Assembly: GCA_035699585.1 (NCBI GenBank)
Contig: DASSPO010000132.1
Coordinates: forward strand, 1-43,605
Length of the DNA stretch: 43,605 nt
Source: Bauldia sp.
Lineage (GTDB): Bacteria > Pseudomonadota > Alphaproteobacteria > Rhizobiales > Kaistiaceae
Reading direction: 5' to 3'
In this document: positions 18,320 through 28,244 of the stretch, piece after piece
Layout: each line of letters begins with the position of its first letter
Numbering within the stretch: position 1 is the first letter of the stretch
Program-made: the position numbers and the translations under genes
The notes under the pieces: model-generated
What the model was told of the DNA's origin: nothing
Databases searched by the model: none
Seen by the model: only the letters and a program-made list of their open reading frames with translations

Positions 18320-18547
18320 TCACAGGTACTCCCGGCACTTCGGGCAGCGTGCGCGCTTGCCCGGCGCGATGCCGATGACGCCGGTGTGACCGCAGGTCTT
18401 GCAGGCGAAGCTGGTCGGCTCGACCGACGGCATCTCCTTGATGGCGCCGCCCTTGGCGAGAAAAGCGGCAACCAGCGCCTCCGCATCGGAACGCTTGTCG
18501 GCCTTGCTCGTCTGGTCCTTCTTCGGCGCCGGTCGTCTGAAGTTCAT
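18320..18547 (-). CDS. Small protein (75 aa) with a SutA-like FLxxGG helix and C-terminal zinc ribbon
   Basis: MNFRRPAPKK...KRSDAEALVAAFLAKGGAIKEMP...CKTCG...CPKC; strong codon bias from ATG 18547. Confidence 0.7.
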   Translation of the reverse strand: MNFRRPAPKKDQTSKADKRSDAEALVAAFLAKGGAIKEMPSVEPTSFACKTCGHTGVIGIAPGKRARCPKCREYL

Positions 18548-18650
18548 CTGGTCCGCCTTCGGTCGGTGTTTCGGTGGTGGCGGGGCCTTAGCACGATCCG
18601 GCGCCGGGATCACGGCGGCGGCGAGTCTTTTTTCGCGGGCGCTGGACGGC

Positions 18651-20312
18651 CTATCGCTGCGCGGTCCGCCAGTTCTCCGCGACGTAGTAGGGCGCATTGG
18701 AGGCGGGAAGCGGCGGGCGGCCGAGGATCATGTCCGACACCTTCTCGCCGATCATGATGGTCGGCGCATTGAGGTTGCCGGTGACGATCGACGGCATGAT
18801 CGAGGCATCGACCACCCGCAGGCGCTCGACGCCCATCACCCGTGCCTCGGCGTCGACCACGGCAAGCCGGTCGTCGCTACGGCCCATGCGACAGGTGCAG
18901 GAAGGATGATAGGCGCTCTCGGCCTTTTCCCTGATGAAGGCGTCGATCGCCTCGTCGGAGACGACATCGCCACCGGGCTGGATCTCGCGGCCGCGAAACC
19001 GGTCGAAGGCGGGCTGGGCGAAGATCTCGCGGGTAAGGCGCACGGCGGCGCGCATCTCGGTCCAGTCGTCGGGGTGGCTCATGTAGTTGAAGCGAATGCG
19101 CGGCTTGGCCCGCGGATCGGGACCGGCGAGCCGGACCGTGCCGCGGCTCTTCGAACGCATCGGCCCGACATGGACCTGGAAACCATGCTCGCGGGCAAGG
19201 CCGCTCCCGTCATAGGAGACCGCCAGCGGCAGGAAGTGGAACTGGAGGTCGGGATACTCGACGCCGGCGCGGCTGCGGATGAAACCGCCCGCCTCGAAGT
19301 GGTTGCTCGCCCCGAGGCCCTCTCCCCTGGTCATCCATTGCAGGCCGACAAGCGTGCGGGAGACGAGGCCGGTTGCGGAGAACAGCGTTACCGGCTCCTT
19401 CGACGCGACCTGGAAGTAGAACTCGAGATGGTCCTGGAGGTTCTCGCCGACGCCGGGCAGGTCATGCACCAGCGGGATGCCAAGCTCGCCGAGCTCGGCG
19501 CCCGGGCCGACGCCGGAGAGCTTGAGCAGCTGCGGCGAGTTGATCGCGCCGCCCGAGACGATCACCTCGCGGCTCGCGTGGGCGAGATGGGGAACACCGT
19601 CGCGAAGATAGGCAACCCCGGTCGCGCGCCGCCCGTCGAAAACGATGCGGGTGGCGAGCGCGTGGGTGCGGACCTCGACATTCGGCCGCCGCATGGCCGG
19701 GCGAAGGTAGGCGGAGGCCGCGCTCCACCGCCGACCGTGGTGAACGGTCATGTCGAAACGGCCGAAGCCTTCCTGCTGGTAGCCGTTCACGTCGGCGGTT
19801 TCGGGATAGCCCGCCTCCCGGGCGGCGGCGATGAAGGCGCGATAGAGCGGGTTCGCGAGACGCCCGTAGCGGGTGTGGAGCGGCCCGCTGCTGCCGCGAT
19901 ACTCGTCGCCGCCCTCGGCGCGGGTCTCCGATCGCCGGAAATAAGGGAGCACGTCGCGATAGGCCCAGCCCCGCGCGCCCTCCTCCTCCCAGCGGTCGAA
20001 ATCGCGCGGGTTGCCGCGGATATAGACAAGGCCGTTGATCGCCGACGATCCGCCGAGAACCTTGCCGCGCGGCGTGTTGATGCGGCGGCCGCCGAGATTC
20101 GGCTCGGGCTCGCTGACGTAGCCCCAGTTGTAGCGCGGCCAGTTGAGCGGAATGAAAAGCGCACTCGGCATCTGGATGAAGACGGAACGGTCGGAGCCGC
20201 CGTATTCGAGGACGAGAACACGATTCCTGCCGTCGGCCGAGAGCCGGTTGGCGAGCACGCAGCCGGCCGAGCCGGCACCGACGATGACGAAGTCGAAGGT
20301 TTCCTCGGTCAT
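18651..20312 (-). CDS. betA: Choline dehydrogenase
   Basis: GMC motifs IVGAGSAG, PRGKVLGGSSAING, GVGENLQDH, YHPSCTCRMG, GNLNAPTIMIGEK; directly after betB. Alternative TTG start at 20339 overlaps the betB stop. Confidence 0.96.
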   Translation of the reverse strand: MTEETFDFVIVGAGSAGCVLANRLSADGRNRVLVLEYGGSDRSVFIQMPSALFIPLNWPRYNWGYVSEPEPNLGGRRINTPRGKVLGGSSAINGLVYIRGNPRDFDRWEEEGARGWAYRDVLPYFRRSETRAEGGDEYRGSSGPLHTRYGRLANPLYRAFIAAAREAGYPETADVNGYQQEGFGRFDMTVHHGRRWSAASAYLRPAMRRPNVEVRTHALATRIVFDGRRATGVAYLRDGVPHLAHASREVIVSGGAINSPQLLKLSGVGPGAELGELGIPLVHDLPGVGENLQDHLEFYFQVASKEPVTLFSATGLVSRTLVGLQWMTRGEGLGASNHFEAGGFIRSRAGVEYPDLQFHFLPLAVSYDGSGLAREHGFQVHVGPMRSKSRGTVRLAGPDPRAKPRIRFNYMSHPDDWTEMRAAVRLTREIFAQPAFDRFRGREIQPGGDVVSDEAIDAFIREKAESAYHPSCTCRMGRSDDRLAVVDAEARVMGVERLRVVDASIMPSIVTGNLNAPTIMIGEKVSDMILGRPPLPASNAPYYVAENWRTAQR

Positions 20313-20335
20313 GACCGCACGGGACTCAGCCACGC

Positions 20336-22420
20336 TCAATAGGGCGACTGGATCGGCGCGAGGCCGACATAGACGCTCTTCAACTGCGTGTAGTGATCGA
20401 TCGCCGCCTTGCCGTTCTCGCGGCCGAGGCCGGACCGCTTGTTGCCGCCGAAGGGCAGCTCGACCGGGGTGACATTGTACTGGTTGATCCAGCAGGTGCC
20501 GGCCTCAAGCCGCGCGATGACGCGATGGGCCCGGGCGAGGTCGCGGGTGAAGACGCCGGCGGAGAGGCCGTAGTCGGTCGCATTGGCGCGGGCGACCACC
20601 TCATCCTCCCCGGTGAAGGAAAGGACGGTCATGACCGGCCCGAATATCTCCTCGCGTACGATCGCCATCCCGTCGCGACAGCCATCGAACACGGTCGGGG
20701 CGACGAAGAAGCCTCGGCCGAGGCCGCCTTTCTCGACCCGCCCGCCCCCAACCAGGACCCTTGCGCCCTCCTCACGGCCCTTGGCGATGTAGCCGAGCAC
20801 CTTGTTCATGTGATCCGCGGAGATGAGCGCTCCGACATCGGTCTTCTCGTCCTCGGGGTTGCCGATCCGCATGCGCTTCACCCGCGCCGTAAGCCGCGCG
20901 AGAAACGGCGCCTTGATGCTCTCGTGAAGGAAGACGCGGGTGCCGTTCGAGCAGACTTCGCCGGCGGAGTAGAAGTTGGCGAGGAGCGCTCCCGATACCG
21001 CGTCGTCGAGGTCGGCATCCTCGAAGACGATAAGCGGCGACTTGCCGCCGAGCTCGAGGGTGACGTGCTTTAATGTCGACGCCGCATCCGCCATCACCGC
21101 CTTGCCGGTGCCGACTTCGCCGGTGAGCGAGACCTTGGCAATGCCGGGATGGCGGGTGAGGAGACGCCCGGTCTCGGCGAAACCCTGGACGACGTTGAAG
21201 ACGCCGTCGGGGAGGCCGGCCTCGGCGAAGATTTCGGCGAGCTTCACGGCGGTGAGCGGCGTGAGCTCGGCCGGCTTGAAGATCATGGCATTGCCGCAGG
21301 CGAGCGCCGGCGCCGCCTTCCAGCAGGCGATCTGCAGCGGGTAGTTCCAGGCGCCGATGCCGGCCACAACGCCGAGCGGCTCGCGCCGCGTGTAGCCGAA
21401 GGCGGAGGGACCGAGGTCGACATGCTCGCCAGCGAGGCCGGCGGCGAGGCCGGCGAAGTATTCGAGACAGTCGGCGCCGGAAAGCACGTCGACGGTCGAG
21501 GTTTCCCGGATCGGCTTGCCGGTGTCGCGGGTCTCAAGAAGCGCAAGCTCGGCGTTGCGCTCGCGAAGGAGGGCCGCGGCACGCTTCAGGATTCGGCCGC
21601 GCTCCATCCCGGTCATCGCCGCCCATCCCGGCTGCGCCGCCCGCGCCGCGGCCACCGCCTGATCGACCTCGGTCTCGCCGGCCACCTCGACTTCGGCGAG
21701 GACGGCGCCGTTCGCGGGATTCACGGTCGGGAAAGTGTCGCGGCGGCGCGAGGCAACCGCGGCACCGCCAATGAAATTCCGGACGAGCCGGTCGGACCGG
21801 TCGCGGTTCGCCCCGCGCCGCGCAGGTGGCTTCACCGCCGCCCGCGCGATCTCGCCGTCGATGAAGGCGGAGGCGAGCGCCCGAGCCGTGGCGCTGTCGG
21901 TCTCGTTGGGCGAGGAGAGCGTGGCGCGCAGCCAAAGCCCGTCGATCATCGCGGCGAGCGCGATGGCCAGGCGGCGGGCCTCGGCCTCCGGCACAAGCTG
22001 CGCGAGCGCATGGCGAAGATTGGACAGCATGCGCTGCTGGTAGACGTTCTGCACCCGCTTGAGCCGCGCCGAGTGGATCACCTGTCCCCAGAACGCCAGC
22101 CACACCCCGCAGGTGCGGGGATCGAACTCCTCCGGCGCGAGCGTCGCTTCGATCACCGCCTGCACGCGATCGCGCGGGGTACGGGCCGCGCGCAGCCGCG
22201 CGACGGTGCCGCGGGCGAGGCGTGAGGCCAGGCTCCGCAGCGTCGCCTCAAGGAGCCCGTCCTTGTCGTCGAAGTAGTGCGAGATCAGGCCCGCCGAGAC
22301 GCCGGCCCGCTGGCCGATCAGGGCCAAGGTGGTGGCGCCGAATCCGACTTCAGCGAGCGTGTCGATGGTCGCATCGATGAGCTGGCGCCGGCGGCCATCC
22401 TCGATATGGACCCGATTCAT
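20336..22420 (-). CDS. betI-betB: In-frame fusion of BetI (TetR-family choline-responsive repressor) and BetB (betaine-aldehyde dehydrogenase)
   Basis: Residues 1-195: [10 protein letters not shown]...[38 protein letters not shown]. Remainder: [40 protein letters not shown]. No stop codon in between. Start is ATG 22420 or 22441. Confidence 0.9.
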   Translation of the reverse strand: MNRVHIEDGRRRQLIDATIDTLAEVGFGATTLALIGQRAGVSAGLISHYFDDKDGLLEATLRSLASRLARGTVARLRAARTPRDRVQAVIEATLAPEEFDPRTCGVWLAFWGQVIHSARLKRVQNVYQQRMLSNLRHALAQLVPEAEARRLAIALAAMIDGLWLRATLSSPNETDSATARALASAFIDGEIARAAVKPPARRGANRDRSDRLVRNFIGGAAVASRRRDTFPTVNPANGAVLAEVEVAGETEVDQAVAAARAAQPGWAAMTGMERGRILKRAAALLRERNAELALLETRDTGKPIRETSTVDVLSGADCLEYFAGLAAGLAGEHVDLGPSAFGYTRREPLGVVAGIGAWNYPLQIACWKAAPALACGNAMIFKPAELTPLTAVKLAEIFAEAGLPDGVFNVVQGFAETGRLLTRHPGIAKVSLTGEVGTGKAVMADAASTLKHVTLELGGKSPLIVFEDADLDDAVSGALLANFYSAGEVCSNGTRVFLHESIKAPFLARLTARVKRMRIGNPEDEKTDVGALISADHMNKVLGYIAKGREEGARVLVGGGRVEKGGLGRGFFVAPTVFDGCRDGMAIVREEIFGPVMTVLSFTGEDEVVARANATDYGLSAGVFTRDLARAHRVIARLEAGTCWINQYNVTPVELPFGGNKRSGLGRENGKAAIDHYTQLKSVYVGLAPIQSPY

Positions 22421-22439
22421 TGGCCGGTTCTCAGGCTTC

Positions 22440-22456
22440 ATTGAACGTCCAATCAA
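22440..22456 (-). promoter_or_regulatory. BetI operator 1 (betI-betB side)
   Basis: Minus strand TTGATTGGACGTTCAAT, matching the BetI operator of enteric betI/betT promoters as I recall it. Confidence 0.8.
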
Positions 22457-22535
22457 CAAGCCCGCAGGCAAAAACGCAACGAAAATAAGATTGGCGATGG
22501 ATGAAACCGGTGGTGACAAGCGCTCCGATTTGCAT

Positions 22536-22554
22536 TTGAATGAACGGTCAATAA
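22536..22554 (+). promoter_or_regulatory. BetI operator 2 (choXWV side)
   Basis: TTGAATGAACGGTCAATAA is 14/17 identical to operator 1 and inverted relative to it, in the divergent intergenic region. Confidence 0.7.
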
Positions 22555-22687
22555 CGGATCCGCGCGCGTGTCAGGCTTGCGCCGGAACGAACGAGGGGAT
22601 TTTCTCGACGGACCTAAGGCGCGCCGGGGGGCAGAGCCAGGGCGCGCCGCACCGAATTCGGCCAAGGATTCTGACGGAGGATCAGAC

Positions 22688-23638
22688 ATGCTTCGCTTTC
22701 ACCGCAGCCTGCTTGCCGGTCTCGCAATCATCATCGTGCCCGCGCTCGGGGCGGAGGCCGCCGACCCCGAATCGTGCAAGGCCGTGCGCTTCGCCGATGT
22801 CGGCTGGACCGACATCACCGCCACGACCGCCCTCACCTCGCGCATCCTCGAGGGGCTGGGCTACGAGCCGAGCAACCAGGTGCTGGCGGTGCCGGTGACC
22901 TATGCGTCGCTCAAGAACAAGGACATCGACGTCTTCCTCGGCAACTGGATGCCGACGATGGAGGCCGATCTCAGGCCCTACGTGGACGACGGCTCGGTCG
23001 AGGTCATCGAGACGCCGAACCTCGAGGGAGCGAAATACACCCTTGCCGTGCCGAGCTATACCTTCGAGGCCGGGCTCCAGTCCTTCGGCGACATCGCCAA
23101 GTTCAAGGACGCGCTCGGCGGCAAGATCTACGGCATCGAGCCGGGCAACGACGGCAACCGCCTGATCCTCGGCATGATCGAGAGCAACCAGTTCGACCTG
23201 GGCGGCTTCGACCTGGTCGAGTCGAGCGAGCAGGGCATGCTCGCCCAGGTCGCACGCGCCACCGACCGGCGCGAGCCGATCGTGTTCCTCGGCTGGGAAC
23301 CGCATCCCATGAACTCCAACTTCCAGATCAAGTACCTCGCCGGCGGCGATGACGTCTTCGGCCCGAATTTCGGCGGCGCCACCGTCTATACCAACGTCCG
23401 CGCCGGGTACCTGACCGAGTGCCCGAACGCCGGGAAGCTCGTCTCCAACCTCCGCTTCACGCTGCCGATGGAAAACGAGGTGATGGGGGCGATCCTCAAC
23501 GACGGCAAGGACGCCGCCGTCGCCGCCGAGGAGTGGCTCAAGGCAAACCCCAAGGCGTGGGAAGGCTGGCTCAAGGACGTGACCACCTTCGACGGCCAGC
23601 CCGGCCTCGAGGCCGTCAAGAAGAGCCTCGGGCTCTGA
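22688..23638 (+). CDS. choX: Choline ABC transporter substrate-binding protein
   Basis: Signal peptide; VRFADVGWTDI, DVFLGNWMPTM, IYGIEPGNDGN, FLGWEPHPMN; GGAGG SD. Confidence 0.94.
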   Translation: MLRFHRSLLAGLAIIIVPALGAEAADPESCKAVRFADVGWTDITATTALTSRILEGLGYEPSNQVLAVPVTYASLKNKDIDVFLGNWMPTMEADLRPYVDDGSVEVIETPNLEGAKYTLAVPSYTFEAGLQSFGDIAKFKDALGGKIYGIEPGNDGNRLILGMIESNQFDLGGFDLVESSEQGMLAQVARATDRREPIVFLGWEPHPMNSNFQIKYLAGGDDVFGPNFGGATVYTNVRAGYLTECPNAGKLVSNLRFTLPMENEVMGAILNDGKDAAVAAEEWLKANPKAWEGWLKDVTTFDGQPGLEAVKKSLGL

Positions 23639-23650
23639 CTGCGTGAGGCG

Positions 23651-23674
23651 CGGCGGGCGGCCCGCCGCCCGCCG
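23651..23674 (+). other. Intercistronic stem-loop after choX
   Basis: CGGCGGGCGGC / GCCGCCCGCCG inverted repeat. Confidence 0.45.
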
Positions 23675-23694
23675 GCGCGAGCCAGGACGACGCG

Positions 23695-24549
23695 ATGGAA
23701 GACTGGATCACGGAGCACAAGATCCCGCTCGGCGCCTGGCTGAAAGAGGTGGTCGATTTCCTCAACCGCCACGCCCAGGGCTTCTTCGACTTCATTATCC
23801 TGGTGATCGGCTCGATCATCGACGGGCTGCTTGGCTTCCTCCAGTGGTTTCCGCCGATGGTGCTGCTCGCGCTGCTCGTGGCGGGGACCTATCTCCTCCA
23901 CCGCTCGCTGGTGCTCGCCCTCGGGGTTCTCCTCGGCCTCCTGCTGGTGATGAATCTCGGCTACTGGCAGGCGACGCTGGAGACGCTGGCGCTGGTGCTC
24001 TGCGCCACGCTGGTGTCGGTGGCGATCGGCGTGCCGACCGGCATCGCCGCCGCGCACCGGCCATGGCTCTACACGGCGATCCGGCCGCTTCTCGACCTGA
24101 TGCAGACGATCCCGACCTTCGTCTACCTGATCCCGACGCTGGTGCTCTTCGGCCTGGGCATGGTGCCGGGCCTCATCTCCACCGTGATTTTCGCCATCGC
24201 CGCGCCGATCCGGCTCACCCATCTCGGCGTCTCCTCGGTGCCGAAGCAGCTCATCGAGGCGGGCGAGGCCTTCGGCTCGACCAGGCGCCAGCTCCTGTGG
24301 AAGGTGGAGCTGCCCTATGCGCTCCCGACGATCATGGCCGGGGTCACCCAATGCATCATGCTGTCCCTGTCGATGGTGGTGATCGCGGCGCTGGTCGGTG
24401 CCGACGGCCTCGGCAAGCCGGTGGTCAGGGCACTCAACACCGTGAACGTCAGCATGGGTTTCGAGGCCGGCCTCGCCATCGTCGTGCTCGCCATCCTCCT
24501 CGACCGTGTCTGCAAGCTGCCGGCGCGCGGACGGAAGGCCGCCAGGTAG
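23695..24549 (+). CDS. choW: Choline ABC transporter permease
   Basis: KIPLG, LDLMQTIPTFVYLIP, EAGEAFG, IMAGVTQCIMLSLSMVVIAALVGA. Confidence 0.94.
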   Translation: MEDWITEHKIPLGAWLKEVVDFLNRHAQGFFDFIILVIGSIIDGLLGFLQWFPPMVLLALLVAGTYLLHRSLVLALGVLLGLLLVMNLGYWQATLETLALVLCATLVSVAIGVPTGIAAAHRPWLYTAIRPLLDLMQTIPTFVYLIPTLVLFGLGMVPGLISTVIFAIAAPIRLTHLGVSSVPKQLIEAGEAFGSTRRQLLWKVELPYALPTIMAGVTQCIMLSLSMVVIAALVGADGLGKPVVRALNTVNVSMGFEAGLAIVVLAILLDRVCKLPARGRKAAR

Positions 24550-24554
24550 CACCG

Positions 24555-25730
24555 ATGCCGGCGGTCGCTTTCGAGAAGGTCGACATCATTTTCGGCACGA
24601 ATCTCGAGCCCGCCTTCGGCCTCCTCGACCGCGGCGCCAGCCGCGAGGAGGTGATCGCCGCCACCGAATGCGTTCCCGGTGCGGTCGACATCAACTTCGT
24701 TGTCGAACGCGGCGAGATCTGCGTGCTGATGGGCCTGTCGGGCTCGGGCAAGTCCACCGTGCTTCGCGCCATCAACCGGCTCAACACCGTTACCCGCGGC
24801 ACGGTCACGGTCGAGCACGAGGGGAAGACCATCGACGTCGGGCGCTGCGACGAGCGGACGCTCCGCGAGATCCGCACCCGCGCCGTCGCCATGGTGTTCC
24901 AGCAGTTCGCGCTCCTGCCGTGGCGGACGGTGCGCGAGAACGTCGGCTTCGGCCTCGAGGTGCGCGGCACGCCGGCGGCGGAACGGCGGAGAATCGTCGA
25001 CGAAAAGCTGGCGCTGGTCGGGCTGTCGAACTGGGCCGAGAAATACTCGGACGAGCTGTCCGGCGGCATGCAGCAGCGGGTCGGGCTTGCCCGCGCCTTC
25101 GCCACCGACGCGCCGATTCTGCTCATGGACGAGCCGTTCTCGGCGCTCGACCCGCTGATCCGCGACAAGCTCCAGGACGAACTCCTCGACCTTCAGGAGA
25201 AGCTTCACAAGACCATCGTCTTCGTCAGCCACGACCTCGACGAGGCCCTGAAGATCGGCAACTGCATCGCCATCCTCGAGGGCGGGCGCATCGTCCAGAT
25301 GGGCACGGCGGAGGACATCCTGCTCCGCCCGGCCAACGACTACGTCGCCGAATTCGTCAAGCACATGAACCCGCTCAACGTGCTGCGCGGCACCTCGGTG
25401 ATGACCCCGGCCTCGGCGCTTCGCCGCGAGGGCGGCGCGGTGGTGATCGCTCCCGGGCCGATCCATGTCCGCGTCGACGAGGAGGACCGGCCGATCGGCG
25501 TCTCGCTCGCCGGCCGCGAAGGACGGATCGTGGCGGCCGACGGTTCGACCGGGACCGTTCCGGCCGAACAATACGATTTCATCTCGGCGCCGGTCGACCT
25601 CACCCTGCGGGCGGCGATCGCCCTGAAGAGCCAGACCGACCATCCGATCCTGCTCGTCGACCAGCTCGGCCGGCTCGCCGGCCTCTGCGGCGACGAGGAA
25701 ATCTACCGCGGTCTGCTGAGGCGGCAGTGA
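24555..25730 (+). CDS. choV: Choline ABC transporter ATP-binding protein
   Basis: GLSGSGKST, LSGGMQQRVGLARA, MDEPFSALDPLIR, FVSHDLDEA; start ATG 24555. Confidence 0.94.
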   Translation: MPAVAFEKVDIIFGTNLEPAFGLLDRGASREEVIAATECVPGAVDINFVVERGEICVLMGLSGSGKSTVLRAINRLNTVTRGTVTVEHEGKTIDVGRCDERTLREIRTRAVAMVFQQFALLPWRTVRENVGFGLEVRGTPAAERRRIVDEKLALVGLSNWAEKYSDELSGGMQQRVGLARAFATDAPILLMDEPFSALDPLIRDKLQDELLDLQEKLHKTIVFVSHDLDEALKIGNCIAILEGGRIVQMGTAEDILLRPANDYVAEFVKHMNPLNVLRGTSVMTPASALRREGGAVVIAPGPIHVRVDEEDRPIGVSLAGREGRIVAADGSTGTVPAEQYDFISAPVDLTLRAAIALKSQTDHPILLVDQLGRLAGLCGDEEIYRGLLRRQ

Positions 25731-28240
25731 TGAGGTCCCAGGCGCGCGTGGCGGTGATCGGCGGCGGCGTGGTGGGCGTCGCCACGCTGTATCACCTCGC
25801 CAAGAAGGGCTGGTCCGATGTGGTGCTCTGCGAGCGGCGCGAGCTCACCTCCGGCTCGACCTGGCACGCGGCGGGGCTGCTGCCGCTTTTCAACCTGTCC
25901 TACTCGGTCGGTCAGATCCACAAATACTCGGTCGGGCTCTACGAGACGCTCGAAGCCGAGACCGGCCAGCCGGTCGGTTTCCGCAAGGTCAGCAACATCC
26001 GGCTCGCCCGCACCCGCGACCGCTGGGACGAGTACATGTACTATGCCGGCGTGGCCCGGACGATCGGCGTCAACGTCAACGTGCTCACGCCGGACGAGGT
26101 GAAGGCCATCTGGCCGCTCTGCGAGACCGAAGGGCTGATCGGCGCCATCCAGCATCCCGACGACGGCTACATCCAGCCTGCCGACCTGACCCAGGCGCTC
26201 GCCAAGGGCGCGCGGGCGCTCGGCGCCGAGATCAACCGCAACACCACGGTGACCGCGATCGAACCGCGGCCCTCGGGGGAATGGCTGGTGAGGACCGACA
26301 AGGGCGACATCATCGCCGAGCATGTCGTCTCGGCGACCGGCAACTTCGCGCGGCGGACCGGCGCCATGGTCGGCCTCGAGGTCCCGGTGATCCCGGTCGA
26401 GCATCAGTACATCGTGACCGAGCCGCATCCGGCGGTTCTCGCCCGGCGGGCGGCCGGCCTGCCCGAGATGGGCGTGCTGCGCGAGAGTGATTCGTCCTGG
26501 TACCTCCGCGAGGAGAACGGCGGCTTCCTTCTCGGCCCCTATGAGAAGGGCGCGCCGGCCTGCTACGTCGACGGGCCGCGGGAGGACGCCGAATACGAGC
26601 TGTTCCAGGAGGATCTCGACCGCCTCGCCCCACACATTGAGACCGCGATCGCCCGCGTTCCCGCCTTCGGCGAGGTCGGGGTCAAGAAGGTCTATAACGG
26701 GGCGATCCCCTATACCCCCGACGGCAGCCCGATCATCGGCCCGGCCTGGGGCGTGCGGAACTTCTGGCTCAACGAGGGGCACAGCTTCGGCATCACTGCC
26801 GCCGGTGGCGCCGGGTGGCAGCTTGCCGAGTGGATCGTCGAGGGCGAACCCTCGATCGACATGCTCGGCGTCGATCCGCGCCGCTTCGGCCCCTATGCCA
26901 CCCAGGGCTATCTTCGCGAGAAGTGCGAAGAGGCGTATCGCCTGGTCTTCACCATTCACTACCCGGACGAGGAGCGGGTGGCGGCAAGGCCGCTCAAGCG
27001 CGCGCCCTGCTACGACCGGATGCGGGCGCTCGGCGCGGTTTTCGGCTCGGTCTACGGCTGGGAGCGGCCGAACTTCTTCGCGCCGCCCGGCTACGGCCTC
27101 GCCGAGGACGAACTCGACAAGCCGGACACGCTCCTCAACGAGAACCACCCCGCCGTCGCCGCCGGCGAGCGCCCACGCGAGAAATGGAGCTTCCGCCGCT
27201 CCAACTATTTCCGCTTCGTCGGCGACGAGGTGAGGAACGTTGCCGGCAATGTCGGCCTTCAGGACATGTCCGCCTTCGCCAAGGCCTTCGTCACCGGTCC
27301 CGGCGCCGAGGCATGGCTCGACTCGATCCTCGCCAACCGCGTGCCGAAGAAGATCGGGCGGATCGGCCTCTGCCACCTGCTGACGACGCGCGGCGGCGTC
27401 CGCTCCGAGTTCACCGTCTACCGCTCGCGGGAGGACGGATTCTACCTGGTCTCGGCCGGCGCCTGGGAGCGGCACGACCACGATACGCTCCAGAAGCTGC
27501 TCCCGGCCGACGGCTCGGTGCGGTTCTACCCGGTGACGACGGCGTGGGGCGTGCTGGTGGTGGCGGGCCCGCGATCGCGGGAACTGCTCGAGCGGGTCAC
27601 CGACACCGACCTCTCCTCCTCCGCCTTCCCGTGGCTGTCCGGCAAGCCGGTCAATATCGGCCCCGCCGAGGCCCATGCCCTTCGCGTCAACTTCGTCGGC
27701 GAGCTCGGCTGGGAACTCCACCACCCGATCGAGATGCAGAACACGATCTTCGACCTCCTGTGGGAGGCCGGCCAGGATCTCGGGCTGAGGCCCTTCGGCA
27801 TCCGCGCCATGATGGCGATGGCCTTGGAGAAGTCCTACCGGCTCATCGGCCGCGAGCTGTCGATCGAGTATGCCGCGCTCGAGTCGGGCCTCGACCGCTT
27901 CGTTCACCTCAACAAGGGCGACTTCCTCGGCCGCGAGGGGCTCACCCGCTGGCGCGAGCGCGGCTTCAAGTACCGCTTCGTCACCATGGAGGTGCATGGC
28001 GTGACCGATGCCGACGCCCGCGGCTCCGAGCCCATCCTCCTCGCTGGCGAGATGGTCGGCCGCTGCACCTCCGGCGGCTTCGGCTGGCGGACGGGGAAGT
28101 CCCTGGCCCTTGGCATGGTGCGGCCCGACCTCGGCGAGGTCGGGCAGGAGCTGGCGGTGAGGATCCTCGGCGAGGACTATCGCGCGACGGTCATCCCCGA
28201 GTCGCCCTACGATCCCGAGAATGCGAGGCTGAAGGCGTGA
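25730..28240 (+). CDS. GcvT-family FAD-dependent oxidoreductase, dimethylglycine dehydrogenase-like (836 aa)
   Basis: VIGGGVVG, TSGSTWHAAG (flavinylation His), YTPDG and a C-terminal aminomethyltransferase/folate-binding region; TGATG overlap with choV. Confidence 0.9.
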   Translation: MRSQARVAVIGGGVVGVATLYHLAKKGWSDVVLCERRELTSGSTWHAAGLLPLFNLSYSVGQIHKYSVGLYETLEAETGQPVGFRKVSNIRLARTRDRWDEYMYYAGVARTIGVNVNVLTPDEVKAIWPLCETEGLIGAIQHPDDGYIQPADLTQALAKGARALGAEINRNTTVTAIEPRPSGEWLVRTDKGDIIAEHVVSATGNFARRTGAMVGLEVPVIPVEHQYIVTEPHPAVLARRAAGLPEMGVLRESDSSWYLREENGGFLLGPYEKGAPACYVDGPREDAEYELFQEDLDRLAPHIETAIARVPAFGEVGVKKVYNGAIPYTPDGSPIIGPAWGVRNFWLNEGHSFGITAAGGAGWQLAEWIVEGEPSIDMLGVDPRRFGPYATQGYLREKCEEAYRLVFTIHYPDEERVAARPLKRAPCYDRMRALGAVFGSVYGWERPNFFAPPGYGLAEDELDKPDTLLNENHPAVAAGERPREKWSFRRSNYFRFVGDEVRNVAGNVGLQDMSAFAKAFVTGPGAEAWLDSILANRVPKKIGRIGLCHLLTTRGGVRSEFTVYRSREDGFYLVSAGAWERHDHDTLQKLLPADGSVRFYPVTTAWGVLVVAGPRSRELLERVTDTDLSSSAFPWLSGKPVNIGPAEAHALRVNFVGELGWELHHPIEMQNTIFDLLWEAGQDLGLRPFGIRAMMAMALEKSYRLIGRELSIEYAALESGLDRFVHLNKGDFLGREGLTRWRERGFKYRFVTMEVHGVTDADARGSEPILLAGEMVGRCTSGGFGWRTGKSLALGMVRPDLGEVGQELAVRILGEDYRATVIPESPYDPENARLKA

Positions 28241-28244
28241 CGGT

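Noticed and set aside
23643-25729. Long N-terminal extensions of choV (from 23643) and of the dehydrogenase (from 24506) that look like fusions
   Set aside because: Alternative-frame read-through over choW and choV in stop-poor GC-rich DNA. Unlike the two real fusions, the extensions carry no domain motifs.
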